In this document: positions 31,772 to 42,198 of the stretch, piece after piece
Position numbering within the stretch: the first letter of the stretch is position 1
Layout: every line of letters starts with the position of its first letter
Origin: an uncultured Actinomycetes bacterium
GTDB taxonomy: Bacteria; Actinomycetota; Thermoleophilia; UBA2241
Reading direction: 5' to 3'
Assembly (NCBI GenBank): GCA_963725665.1
Contig: CAVRZA010000006.1
Span: 64,001-128,000, forward strand
DNA length: 64,000 nt
Program-made: the position numbers and the translations under genes
Notes under the pieces: generated by a model
Database searches by the model: none
Seen by the model: only the letters and a program-made list of their open reading frames with translations
Told to the model about the DNA's origin: nothing

Positions 31772-32608
31772 CTATCCCGCCTGGCGCACGGGCAGCGCGC
31801 CCAGTGTGACACTCTCGCCAAGCGTCACCGGCATGCTCAGCGACTGGTAGCCGGCGCCCGCGAGCGTGAGCGTGTACTCCCGGCCGGGTTCGAGCTTGTC
31901 GATCAGGAAGGTGCCGTAGTTGTCGGTCGTCGCTCGGCCGATCTCCCGGCCGTCGAGGGACACAACGGCCGTGACCCCCTCGGCACACTCGTCGCGCGCC
32001 TCGTCGACGACACTCCCGGCCACGAAGACCTTCGTCCATCGGTGCAGGTTCTCATAGTAGACACGTGGCTTGGTGCCCAGGCTGTCGCGGTACCGTTCGA
32101 GGCCTTCGTCGGCGACGCGGCGCGCCATCTCGTCGTCCTCGGCCATGACCAGCTTGATGGCATCCGTAGGGCAGACCTGCGAGCAGCGCGTCTCCGTCCA
32201 CCCCTGGTCCAGAAGGTGAGCGCAGCCGGTGCACTTCTGCGCGAGCTGCTTCTCCTCGTTCCAGTAGATGGCGTTGTACGGACAACTGGTGGCGATCTCG
32301 CTGCGGCCGACCGCCTTCACCGGGTCGATGAGCACCACGCCGTCATCGCGCTTGTACACGGCGCCGTCGTCGGTGAGGCAGGGCGCCTCGTCACAGTGCA
32401 TGCACGGCATGGGCAGGTAGGCGGTCTGCACGATCGGGTACTGGCCGCGTTCCCTGCGCTTGATGTCCATCCAGCGCTGCCCGTGCCACGGCTGGCCCGC
32501 CGAATACGGCGGGAAGTCGTTCTCGACGAACTCGTCCTTGTCGGCCAGGTAGCAGTCGTTGCAGTCGTGGCAGCGGGCGATGTCGATGATCATGTGCCAG
32601 GTCTTCAT
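31772..32608 (-). CDS. bthL: Pyrogallol-phloroglucinol transhydroxylase beta subunit (BthL-like)
   Basis: IDIARCHDCNDC, RWMDIKRRERG, PCMHCDEAPC, IDPVKAVG (third motif degenerate as in BthL), TKPRVYY.NL. Confidence 0.85.
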   Translation of the reverse strand: MKTWHMIIDIARCHDCNDCYLADKDEFVENDFPPYSAGQPWHGQRWMDIKRRERGQYPIVQTAYLPMPCMHCDEAPCLTDDGAVYKRDDGVVLIDPVKAVGRSEIATSCPYNAIYWNEEKQLAQKCTGCAHLLDQGWTETRCSQVCPTDAIKLVMAEDDEMARRVADEGLERYRDSLGTKPRVYYENLHRWTKVFVAGSVVDEARDECAEGVTAVVSLDGREIGRATTDNYGTFLIDKLEPGREYTLTLAGAGYQSLSMPVTLGESVTLGALPVRQAG

Positions 32609-35209
32609 TGGACCGCGCCCTCCCACTTCTCGACCTGTACGAGACAGGAGTTGTTGGACATCGCCGTCGAGGTCGGCGTGATGAAGCGCTTGTTGGTGAG
32701 GATGTTGACGCAACCGGCGATGTCAGTGGACTCGCCCGGCTTGCCCAGCGGCAGGTAGTCGGCGCACGACTCGTAGGCGTGCACCGTGCCCGGCGCCAGA
32801 CGCTCGGTGACCTGGGCGCAGAGGATGACAGAGCCGCGGTCGTTGAAGGCGCGGATCAGGTCGCCGTCGGCGATACCCCGCGCCGCCGCGTCCTTGGTGT
32901 TGAGGCGCATCACGTAGTAGTAGTGGCCGTCGTCTTTGAGCACGCGGTGGTCCTTGACCTCGTTGAGCCAGCTCCCCTTGGAGTCGCCCATGGTGTGGAA
33001 GCTGAAGCGCGGGTGCGGGCTCACCATCTGCAGCGGGTACTTGCCGTACAGCTCCTCGGTGCGATGGCCCTCCCAGCTCGGGATGTACTGCGGCCCCATG
33101 GCCGGCCGCTCGGGGTCGACCACGTCCATCTCGAGGCGCTTGATGGCCGAGCTGACGAACTCGATCTTGCCCGACGCCGTCTGCAGGCCCTTGAGCCCGA
33201 TGGTGTCGCCGGGCCTGGGACCCCAGTCAGGCGTGTCGCGCACGCGCCCCTCGGCGAACCAGCGCATGGCCGGCGTCGAGACGTGGTCCTCCGGGAAGGG
33301 CACGACGAAGTAGCCCTTCTTCTCGAACTCCTCCCAGGTGATGTGCTTGGGCAGGTCCGTCGCGGCGAAGTAGAGCTTGCACCAGTCGTACTCGTCGCGG
33401 CCGCCGTCGGTGTAGAGATCGCCGATACCCATGCGCTCGCAGACCGCGGCGAAGATGTCGTAGTCCGACTTGCTCTCGCCCAGCGGCTCGATGCACTTCT
33501 TCTGGAAGACGATCACGCGGTGGTTGGTCTGGATGTAGTTGTCGGGGATGTAGCCCGAGCAGTTGCCGAACTCGCTCATGTCCCAGCGCTCGAAGTTGGT
33601 GCAGGCCGGCAGGATGAGGTCCGCGTACTTGGCCTCGCCCTCGATCCAGATCGACTGGTTGACGACGAAGCTGACCTTGCCCTCCTGGTAGGCCTTCACG
33701 TAGCGGTTCGTCTCCTGCATGGTGCCGAAGAACGAGCCCCCGTAGCGCCAGTACATCTCGACGAAGGGGTAGCCGGGTGCGGGGTACTGGTACTTCTGCA
33801 TCTGGCTCTCGATCGAGGAGCCGCAGAAGCCCTTGCCGCGCCACTCGAAGCGCTCGTGCATCATGGCCTCGGGGATGCGCAGGCGCGGGATGGCCTGGCC
33901 CTCGGTGGAGTCGTGGGTGTTGACGGTGGGGTGCGAACCGGTGCCCGTCGGCGAACATGCGATACGTCCAGCGGTAGGCGGCCGCCGACTTCTCGGGGTC
34001 GCCGGAGATGCCGCCCTCGGCGTAGCCGGGGAAGATGAACGACTCGTCGCTGGGCGCGCCCTGCGAGGTGCCCCAGATGTTGCTGCCCGGCTTGCCGTAC
34101 CCCTGCATGGCGGCGAGGGCCACCATCGTGCGCGCCCACTCGTTACCGGTGGCCGAGCGGCAGGCGCCGCCCCAGCCGCCCAGGCCGCCGGCGGCGAGCA
34201 TCGTCTTCTTGGCGCCCCACTCGCGCGCCAGGGCGCGGATCTCGCGCGCCGGGATGCCGCACTCGCCCTCCGCCCACTGAGGCGTCTTGGGCACGTTGTC
34301 GCTCTTGCCGAGCACGTAGTCCTTCCACTCGTCGAAGCCGACGGTGTGCTCGCGCACGTAGTCCTTGTCGTAGAGATCCTCGGCAAACCAGGTGTGGGCG
34401 ATGCCGAGACCGAAGGCCACGTCGGTGCCGAGGCGCGGCGCGAACCACTTGTCGCTGAAGAGCTCGGCCGTGTGATTGAAGTAGGGGTCGACGAACACCA
34501 TCTTGAGGCCGAGCTCTTTCATCCAGTAGCGGCGGCAGGTGCTCTCGAAGGCGGAGTAGATGCCGCCGCCGGTCGTCTCGGGGTCGGCCGACCAGAAGAC
34601 GATCATCTCGCTGTGCTTGAGCGCGTCCTCGAGCAGGTCCCACTGCTCGGGGATGCCGAGGCGGTGGCTGTTGCCCCACATCGGTATGGCACCCCAGTGC
34701 CATCCCTCCCAGCTGTCGGGGTTGTGGGCGCACTGGGAGAAACCCATGAGGTTGAGGAAGCGGTTGTAGGCGCTGTGCCGGTAGCCGACGTTGCCCCAGA
34801 GGTGATGCGAGCTCTCGGTGGTCATGATGGAGCCGGGGCCGATCTCACGATGGCAGCGCTCGACCTCGTCGGCGACGATGTCGAGCGCAGCCTCCCAGCT
34901 GATGGGCTCGTAGCCCGAGATCCCGCGGTTGCGGACGTTGCGCGCGCCCTTGTGGTCGAAGTCGACGCGCTTGAGCGGCGTGAGGATGCGCTTGGGCGAG
35001 TAGACCATGGAACGCTGCGCCTGCGCGTGCGGCGACAGGGTGGTGCGGCGCGGCGGCGTGAAGCGGCGACCCCGCGCCTCGATGACCCAGTCGCCCTTGT
35101 CGTCGTCGTCAAGGTCGATCGGGAACATGCGGACGATGCGCCCGTCCTTCACGTCGACGAAGAGAGGTCCCCCTGTCGTGCTGTTGGTCAGTCTTACGAC
35201 GTCCCCCAT
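32605..35209 (-). CDS. athL: Pyrogallol-phloroglucinol transhydroxylase alpha subunit (AthL-like); one frameshift near 33940
   Basis: MGDVVRLTNSTTGGP, SSHHLWGNVGYRHS, HNPDSWEGWHWG, LAAGGLGGWGGACR, FPGYAEGGISGD, NCSGYIPDNY, SPHPRFS.HTMGD; matches recalled Pelobacter acidigallici AthL segments. Confidence 0.9.
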
Positions 35210-35420
35210 ACTCCTCCCACCTCCGCTCTCGACTCGACCGCGCGGCCGAAAGGATCCTACTGTATGAATGCGGCCATTGGCCGCATCGCGGACACGCGTG
35301 CCCGTACTTCGGAAAGGCTACAAGGGGGCGAGCCGGTGTCAAGCGCGGCCCTGCCACGGCCGGCTGGGATGACCATGATCGACGGTCGCCCGGCCGAGGA
35401 GCATGGGGCCCGCGACCGGC

Positions 35421-35451
35421 TTGACAGGCCCAGGGCCCTCGCTGATAGTCT
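35421..35451 (+). promoter_or_regulatory. Sigma70-type promoter for modABC
   Basis: TTGACA (35421) and extended -10 TGnTAGTCT (35443-35451) just before the riboswitch. Confidence 0.55.
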
Positions 35452-35460
35452 CGATCTCGT

Positions 35461-35593
35461 ACTCCAAGCCCTTCGTCCTACGGCACTCGCTACGGACGCC
35501 GGGCCGTACCATGGATAGACCATGGGGCGGCGACGGTCGCCGTCGTGGGCCCGCGGTGGAAACGCCCGGACCTCCTCGTGTTTGGAAAGGAGT
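35461..35593 (+). ncRNA. Molybdenum cofactor (Moco) riboswitch / MOCO RNA motif
   Basis: P1 ACTCC/GGAGT; CCTA..CTACGG P2; GGAAAC P4 loop; 3' CCTCCTCGTGTTTGGAAAGGAG containing the RBS; directly upstream of modA. Confidence 0.85.
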
Positions 35594-35598
35594 CGGGG

Positions 35599-36469
35599 AT
35601 GTTGCATTCGACCGCGCGCGGTGCGCGCCCACCCGCCGCGGATCCGCATCGGCGGCCTCACGACGAACCCCGCGACGAGAAGTCGGCCGGTCTGCGCTCT
35701 CGCTCCTGGTGCTGCTGCTCGTGGCCCTGCGCTGGCGTTGCTGGCCGGCGCGTGCGGCGGCGGCTCCTCCGCGACCGGGAACGCCAGCCCGCCGACCAAG
35801 CTCACGGTCTTCGGCGCCGCGTCGCTCACCGACGCGTTCACGAAGCTCGGCACCGACTTCACCGCCGCGCACCCCGGCGTGAACGTGACCTTCAACTTCG
35901 CCGGCAGCCAGGATCTCGTCGCCCAGCTCCAGCAGGGCGCCCCCGCCGACGTGCTGGCGACGGCCGACACGGCCACCATGGACAAGGTCGCCGAGCCTGG
36001 TCGGACACGCCCCAGGTGTTCGCCGGCAACAAGCTCGAGATCGCCGTGGCCCCCGGGAATCCGCAGCACATCACCGGCCTCGCCGACCTTGCGAACCCGA
36101 TCTCAAGGTCGTCCTCGCGGCGCCCGAGGTGCCGGCGGGCAAGTACGCGCGAGCAGATCCTCGAGCGAGCCGGACGTCGACGTGAAGCCGGTCTCTCTCG
36201 AGGAGAGCGTCAAGGGAGTCGTGACGAAGGTCGTCGCTGGGCGAGGCCGACGCAGGTATCGTCTACGTCACGGACGTGTCCGCCGCCAAGGGCAAGGTCG
36301 ACAGGCGTGGTGATCCCCGAGAGCCAGAACGTCGTCGCCACCTATCCCATCGCCGTCGTGAAAGCGAGCGAACAGACGCAAGACGCGCAGTCGTTCGTCG
36401 ACATGGTCCTCTCATCTCAGGGCCAAGCAGATGCTGCAGAGCTTCGGCTTCTTGCCGCCGCCCCAGTGA
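35599..36469 (+). CDS. modA: Molybdate ABC transporter substrate-binding lipoprotein, frameshifted
   Basis: LAGAC lipobox, VFGAASLTDAF, FNFAGS, GAPADV.ATAD, FAGNKL, VPAG.Y, GIVYVTD, YPIA. Confidence 0.88.
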
Positions 36470-36517
36470 GAGGAAGGCAGGGGTCGCACGCGAGCGTGGT
36501 GGCGGGAGGCCGATCCA

Positions 36518-37456
36518 GTGACGGACCGGCGACTCCTGGGCCCCGGCCGCGCGGCGGCGAAGCGGGCACGGGACTCGCCGTCGTCGCCGGCGACTCCATG
36601 GCGACCGCGCCGGGCCGAGCCGGCGCCGTGGGCGACGCCGCCAGAAGACGGCGCGCCGCGACTCACGCGTCGCGGCAGCGGCGGCGCGCCCCTCGGGTTC
36701 GTGCCGCTCGCGGTGGTCGCGGTCACGTTCCTGACCCTGCCACTGGTCGCCCTCCTCGTGCGCGCCCCGTGGCGCGACCTGCCCGGCGACCTGACGGCGC
36801 CCGGAGTGCTCACCGCCCTGCGTCTCTCGCTCGTGTGCTCGCTGGGAGCGCTCGCCATCTCGCTGGTCTTCGGCGTCCCGCTCGCCTGGCTGCTCGCCCG
36901 CGTCCGCTTCCGCGGTCGCAACGTCGTGCGCGCCCTGGTGCTGCTGCCCATGGTCCTGCCGCCCGTCGTCGGCGGCGTCGCCCTGCTCCTCGCCTTCGGC
37001 CGCAACGGTCTCGCAGGCCAGTGGCTCGACCGGGTCTTCGGCGTCACGCTGCCGTTCTCGACCGCCGGGGCCATGCTCGCCGAGACGTTCGTCGCCATGC
37101 CCTTCCTCGTCATCACCGTCGAGGCCGGCATCCGCGCCATGGACCGGCGCTACGAGGACGCCGCCGCGACGCTCGGCGCCGGCCGCTGGACCACCTTCCG
37201 CCGGGTGACCCTGCCGCTGATCGCGCCCTCCTTGGCCGCCGGCGGCGCCCTGTGCTGGGCGCGCGCCCTCGGTGAGTTCGGCGCGACCATCACCTTCGCC
37301 GGCAATCTGCCGGGGACGACGCAGACGATGCCGCTGGCGGTCTACATCGCCCTGCAGAACAATCCGGACGCGGCGATCACCCTCAGTCTCGTGATGCTGG
37401 CGATCTCGCTGACGGTGCTGGTGGGCTTGCGCGGCCGCTGGTTCCCCTCGCGATGA
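36518..37456 (+). CDS. modB: Molybdate ABC transporter permease (start may be downstream)
   Basis: ALRLSL, LPMVLPPVVGG, YEDAAATLGA, WARALGEFGATITFAGN. Confidence 0.93.
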   Translation: MTDRRLLGPGRAAAKRARDSPSSPATPWRPRRAEPAPWATPPEDGAPRLTRRGSGGAPLGFVPLAVVAVTFLTLPLVALLVRAPWRDLPGDLTAPGVLTALRLSLVCSLGALAISLVFGVPLAWLLARVRFRGRNVVRALVLLPMVLPPVVGGVALLLAFGRNGLAGQWLDRVFGVTLPFSTAGAMLAETFVAMPFLVITVEAGIRAMDRRYEDAAATLGAGRWTTFRRVTLPLIAPSLAAGGALCWARALGEFGATITFAGNLPGTTQTMPLAVYIALQNNPDAAITLSLVMLAISLTVLVGLRGRWFPSR

Positions 37457-37493
37457 CCGCCCGGGCGACGTTACCCGCAGGCGGAGGCCGACC

Positions 37494-38553
37494 GTGAGCC
37501 TCGAGGCCGTCGTCGGCCTGCGCAAGGGCACCCTCGACCTCGACGTCGAGCTGGAGGTGGCGAGCAACGGCGTCGTCGTGCTGCTCGGTCCCAACGCCGC
37601 CGGCAAGACGACACTGCTCCGCGCGCTCGCCGGCCTCGTGCCGCTGGAGCGCGGCCGGGTCGTCCTCGACGGCGTCGTCCTCGACGACCCGGCGGCCGGC
37701 GTGCGCGTGCCCACCGAACGGCGGCCGATCGGCGTCGTCTTCCAGGACTACCTCCTCTTCCCGCACCTCTCGGTGCTGGAGAACGTCGCCTTCGGGCCGC
37801 GATCGAGCGGCGCCGGGCGCACCGTGGCGCGGGAGCACGCCCTCGCGCTGCTCGACCGCGTCGGGCTCGTCGACTGCGCCGCCGCGAAGCCGCGGGCGCT
37901 CTCGGGCGGGCAGGCGCAGCGGGTGGCGCTGGCGCGCGCTCTCGCGACCGACCCGCGTCTCCTGCTGCTCGACGAGCCGCTCGCGGCCATGGATGCCGGC
38001 GCGCGCGCCGAGCTGCGCCGCGGCCTGAGCCGGCACCTCGCCGCGTTTCCCGGGATCTGCCTCGTGATCACCCACGACCCGATCGAGGCGATGACCCTCG
38101 GTGACCATCTCGTCGTCGCTGGAAGCCGGACGCGTGGTGCAGTCCGGGACCCCGGACGAGCTCTCCTCGCACCCGCGCTCGCGCTACGTGGCCGAGCTGC
38201 TCGGCCTGAACCTGTACCGCGGCCGTCCCGAGCAGCGCTCGATCGTGCTCGCGAACGGCCGGCGCCTGATCGCCGCCGACCCCGTGCCGCACGAGGGTGA
38301 AGTGTTCGCCGTCATCCCGCCGCGGGCGGTCTCGCTGCACCGCGCCGTCCCCGAGGGCTCGCCGAGAAACGTATGGGAGGGCACGGTCGGCGACCTCGAC
38401 GTGGCCGGAGATCACGTCCGCGTGCACGTGGGCGGCGACCTACCGATCGTCGCCGAGGTCACGCCGGCGGCGGTCGCCGCCCTTCGCCTCGGCGAGGGCG
38501 GCCCGGTCTTCGTCTCGGTCAAGGCGCTCGCGGTCGAGGTCTACCCGGCGTGA
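37494..38553 (+). CDS. modC: Molybdate ABC transporter ATPase with TOBE domain, one frameshift
   Basis: GPNAAGKTT, VFQDYLLFPH, LSGGQAQR, LLLDEP, ITHD, SPRN, AEVT..VKA. Confidence 0.9.
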
Positions 38554-38701
38554 GGTGGCGCCGGTGTTCGCCGTGACGCAAGGACTCCAGTCTGGTCTGG
38601 TACCGCGGAGGTTCTCGTAGCCTCGGGACGTGTCCATGCGGTCGCAACCCCGGGCGCCGCTACGCTTCTCGGACGCCCTCCTCTCCCGTAGCATCTACGG
38701 C

Positions 38702-39278
38702 ATGGACCATCCCGACCACGTACACCGACCGCACGGCGACGATGGCGACCAGGCCCGCGGCGGCGCGGACGCGCCGCCGCCCGGCCTGGTCGCCATCGTC
38801 GGCAAGAGCGACTCCGGCAAGACGACCCTCATCGAGAAGCTCGATCCCCGAGCTGCTGAAGCTGGGGCTGCGCGTCGGGACGGTGAAGCACGACGCGCAC
38901 AGCTTCGAGATCGACCATCCGGGCAAGGACTCCTGGCGCCACGGCCAGGCCGGCGCTCTCGCCTACGTCATCTCCTCGAAGGAGCGCCTCGCGTACATCG
39001 CCAAGCTCGACGGCGAGATGCCCCTCGCCGACATAGCGCGCCGCTTCTTCTCCGACTTCGACCTCGTCGTCGCCGAGGGCTACAAGCGCTCGGCGCCTCA
39101 CCTCGTCGAGCTCTTCCGCGCCGGCGCCGGCCACTCGGCGCCCCTCTGCGCGCCGGGGGAGTCGCTGGCCGTGGTCACCGACGCCCCCCTCGAGCACGAG
39201 CACCGCTTCGGCCTCGACGACGCCGCCGGCCTCGCGCGCTTTCTGGCCGACCGTCTCGACGCCCTCAGGGTGTACTGA
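38702..39278 (+). CDS. mobB: Molybdopterin-guanine dinucleotide biosynthesis protein B, one frameshift
   Basis: IVGKSDSGKTTLIEKL, VKHDAH.FEIDHPGKDSWRH, DLVVAEGYK. Confidence 0.9.
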
Positions 39279-39331
39279 GCCGGCGGCGCGCGGCGCGGCG
39301 TGTCGTCGACGCAGCGCGCCCCCGCCACTGC

Positions 39332-39392
39332 TTGACACGCCGTCTCCCCACCACCTAGCATCGTCCGCATAGTGGAAGATACCGTCCGTATC
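39332..39392 (+). promoter_or_regulatory. Sigma70 promoter (TTGACA-N18-TAGCAT) followed by GATAC-N5-GTATC palindrome
   Basis: -35 at 39332, -10 at 39356, palindrome 39378-39392, about 210 bp before the alpha-subunit ATG. Confidence 0.6.
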
Positions 39393-39600
39393 GTGGGCCC
39401 TTCCTCTGTACCTCCGCGCCCGCGGCGGCGGTGTACCCAGCGCTCGCACCCGCACCTGTGCAGCCGTTTACCCATGGATTACGATTGCCGACAAGGCCGA
39501 ACTCCGACTCCACACACAGGCTCATGGCTGCTCGACGAGCACACGCACGAGCACCGGCACTGACAAGATCCGGATCAGGCGAGACCGGAAGGAGAGGCGT

Positions 39601-42198
39601 ATGGCGGAAGACATGAGCAAGACGGGAGCCTCCGGCGAGCGAACGCTGGTGCGCGACATCAGCTTCTGCGGCGTGCCCGAGAACGGCTCCAATGCCTCGA
39701 TGGTGGATGTGAAGGACGGCAGGATCGTCCGCATCCGCCCGATGCACTACGACTGGAAGTACAAGCGCGAAGACATGAACCCCTGGAAGATGGAGGTCAG
39801 GGGGTCCACCTTCGAGCCGAGCATGAAGACCCTCATCCCGCCGTACAGCATCGCCTACAAGAAGCGCGTATATTCGCCGGCCCGCATCCGCTACCCCATG
39901 ATGCGTGTCGACTTCGACCCCAACGGCGAGCGCAACCCGCAGAACCGCGGGGTAAGCAGGTACAAGCGCATCTCCTGGAAAGAGGCGCTCGACGTCATCA
40001 CCGGCGAGATGGAGCGCATCAAGGAGACCTACGGTCCGACCGCGCTGCTCTACCAGTGCGACCAGCACGGCGAGAACAAGGTCGTGCAAGCCTGCCACGG
40101 CGCCGGCCGCAAGCTGCTGCGCCAGTGGGGCGGCTTCACGCTACAGATCCGCCAGCCCGACAGTTGGGAGGGCTACTGGTGGGGCAACAAGCACTTCTGG
40201 GGCTGTGAGCCGGTCGGCCAGGGCAAGCAGAGCAACCTGCTCTGGGACATCTCGAAGAACGCGGAGCTGTTGCTCTTCTGGGGCTGCGACCAGGAGACCA
40301 CCCCCTGGGGCTGGCAGGGTCAGCTTCCCAGCCGACTGAGCTACTGGTGGACCGAGCTCGGCATCAAACAGATCTACGTGTGCCCCGACCTCAACTACGC
40401 GGCCGCCGTGCACGCCGACCGCTGGATCCCGGTCCTGCCGAACACCGACGCCGCCCTCTATCTGGCGATCACCTACCGCTGGTTCAAGCGGGGCACCTAC
40501 GACAAAGAGTACCTCGCCACACACGCCGTGGGCGTCGACAAGTACGAGGCCTACGTCATGGGCGAGGAGGACGGCATCCCGAAGACGCCGGAGTGGGCTG
40601 CGCCCATCTGCGGCGTCCCGGCCCGCGTCATCAAGGCCCTCGCCGACGAGTGGGCGAGCAAACGCACCACCGTGGTCATCGGCAACGGCGGCCCCGGCAT
40701 CCGCGGCCCCTACGCCACCGAGCCGGCCCGCCTGCAGGCCATCTGCCTGGCCATGCAGGGTCTCGGCAAGCCGGGCGTGAACCAGGCCAAGATGATCGAG
40801 TGGGGCCTTTTCGACAAGCCCGATCAGTACGCCCAGCCCAAGCCGTTGCGCGTACCCAACCTGCGCAGCGCCTACACCGGCGGGCATCCCGACGAGTCCA
40901 ACCATCCGTCGTTCATCCCCAAGACGTACGTTCCCAAGGCGATCCTCGAGGGCGAGTGCGACTGGTGGGGCTGCGAGTCCGAGACCGCCGACCGCGTGAA
41001 CCAGTTCGAGCACTACAAGTACCCGGCCGACGGCTGTTCCAAGATCCACATGGTCTGGACGGACTCGCCGAGCTGGATCACCTGCTGGAACTCGGGCAAC
41101 GACTACGTGCGCGCCATGCGGCACCCCGACATCGAGTTCATGTTCGCCCAGCACCCGTGGCTCGAGAACGACTGCCTGCTGGCCGACATCATCCTGCCGG
41201 TGAACACGAAGCTCGAGGAGGACGACATCGCCGGCGACATCTTCAGCGGGCAGTTCAACCTTCTCTTCCCCGAGCACAAATGCGTGGAGCCGCTGGGCGA
41301 GTCGTTCAGCGACTACGAGATCGCCTGCATGATCGCGGAGCGTCTTGGGCTGCTGGAGGAGTACACGGGCGGCAAGTCCATCCCCGAGCTCATCAAGCAC
41401 GGCTACGAGACCTCGCGCTGCGACGATCTCATCAGCTGGGAGGAGCTCAACGAGAAGGGCTACTACGTGGTCCCCACGGCCGACGGCTGGGAGGATGTGC
41501 CGGCCGGCTTCTACAACTTCTACAAGGACCCGGAGAAGTACCCCCTCAGCACCCCGACCGGCAAGCTCGAGTTCGAGGCCACCGGCCTGCTTGAGCACTT
41601 CCCCGACGACGTCGAGCGGCCGGCGGTGCCGAAGTGGGTCGCGCAAGGGATCAGCCACGAGGAGACCATCGGCACCAAGCGCTCCGAGAAGTATCCGTTG
41701 CTCGTGTGCTCCAACCACCCGCGCTGGAGCGTCCACTCGCAGCACGACGACATCACCTGGCTGCGTGAGATCGCCACCTGCAAGGTGACCGGTCCCGACG
41801 GCTACCAGTACCACCCGATCTGGCTGCATCCGTCCGAGGCCGAGAAGCACGGCATCAGAAGCGGCGATGTGGTGTCCATCTACAACGACCGCGGCACCGT
41901 GCTCGGCGGCGCCTATGTCACCGAGCGCGTGATGCCGGGCGTGGTCTACATCGACCACGGCGCCAAGTGGGACCCCATCGCCCCCGGCGAGATCGACCGC
42001 GGCGGTGCGATCAACACCATCGTGCCGCGCAACACCACCTCGAAGAACGCCGTGGGCCATGCGGTGAGCGGCTTCCTCGTCAACATCGAGAAGACCGACA
42101 TGGAGGCGCTCAAGCGCAAGTATCCGGAGGCCTTCGAGAAGCCGTTCCATCCGTGCGCCGGGCCCGGGTTGCAGGCCTGCATCGAGGGGAGGGCGTGA
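39601..42198 (+). CDS. AthL-like bis-MGD oxidoreductase alpha subunit, divergent paralog 3 (intact, 865 aa)
   Basis: VDVKDGRIVRIRPMHYD, RQPDSWEGYWWG, HADRWIPVLPNTDAAL, SNHPRWSVHSQHDD, DRGGAINT; closer to the 700-3307 paralog than to the 32605 copy. Confidence 0.93.
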   Translation: MAEDMSKTGASGERTLVRDISFCGVPENGSNASMVDVKDGRIVRIRPMHYDWKYKREDMNPWKMEVRGSTFEPSMKTLIPPYSIAYKKRVYSPARIRYPMMRVDFDPNGERNPQNRGVSRYKRISWKEALDVITGEMERIKETYGPTALLYQCDQHGENKVVQACHGAGRKLLRQWGGFTLQIRQPDSWEGYWWGNKHFWGCEPVGQGKQSNLLWDISKNAELLLFWGCDQETTPWGWQGQLPSRLSYWWTELGIKQIYVCPDLNYAAAVHADRWIPVLPNTDAALYLAITYRWFKRGTYDKEYLATHAVGVDKYEAYVMGEEDGIPKTPEWAAPICGVPARVIKALADEWASKRTTVVIGNGGPGIRGPYATEPARLQAICLAMQGLGKPGVNQAKMIEWGLFDKPDQYAQPKPLRVPNLRSAYTGGHPDESNHPSFIPKTYVPKAILEGECDWWGCESETADRVNQFEHYKYPADGCSKIHMVWTDSPSWITCWNSGNDYVRAMRHPDIEFMFAQHPWLENDCLLADIILPVNTKLEEDDIAGDIFSGQFNLLFPEHKCVEPLGESFSDYEIACMIAERLGLLEEYTGGKSIPELIKHGYETSRCDDLISWEELNEKGYYVVPTADGWEDVPAGFYNFYKDPEKYPLSTPTGKLEFEATGLLEHFPDDVERPAVPKWVAQGISHEETIGTKRSEKYPLLVCSNHPRWSVHSQHDDITWLREIATCKVTGPDGYQYHPIWLHPSEAEKHGIRSGDVVSIYNDRGTVLGGAYVTERVMPGVVYIDHGAKWDPIAPGEIDRGGAINTIVPRNTTSKNAVGHAVSGFLVNIEKTDMEALKRKYPEAFEKPFHPCAGPGLQACIEGRA

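Noticed and set aside
6017-42198. Selenocysteine in the Mo/W enzymes
   Set aside because: Metal-ligand positions are Ser or Cys codons; breaks are frameshifts, not in-frame TGA.
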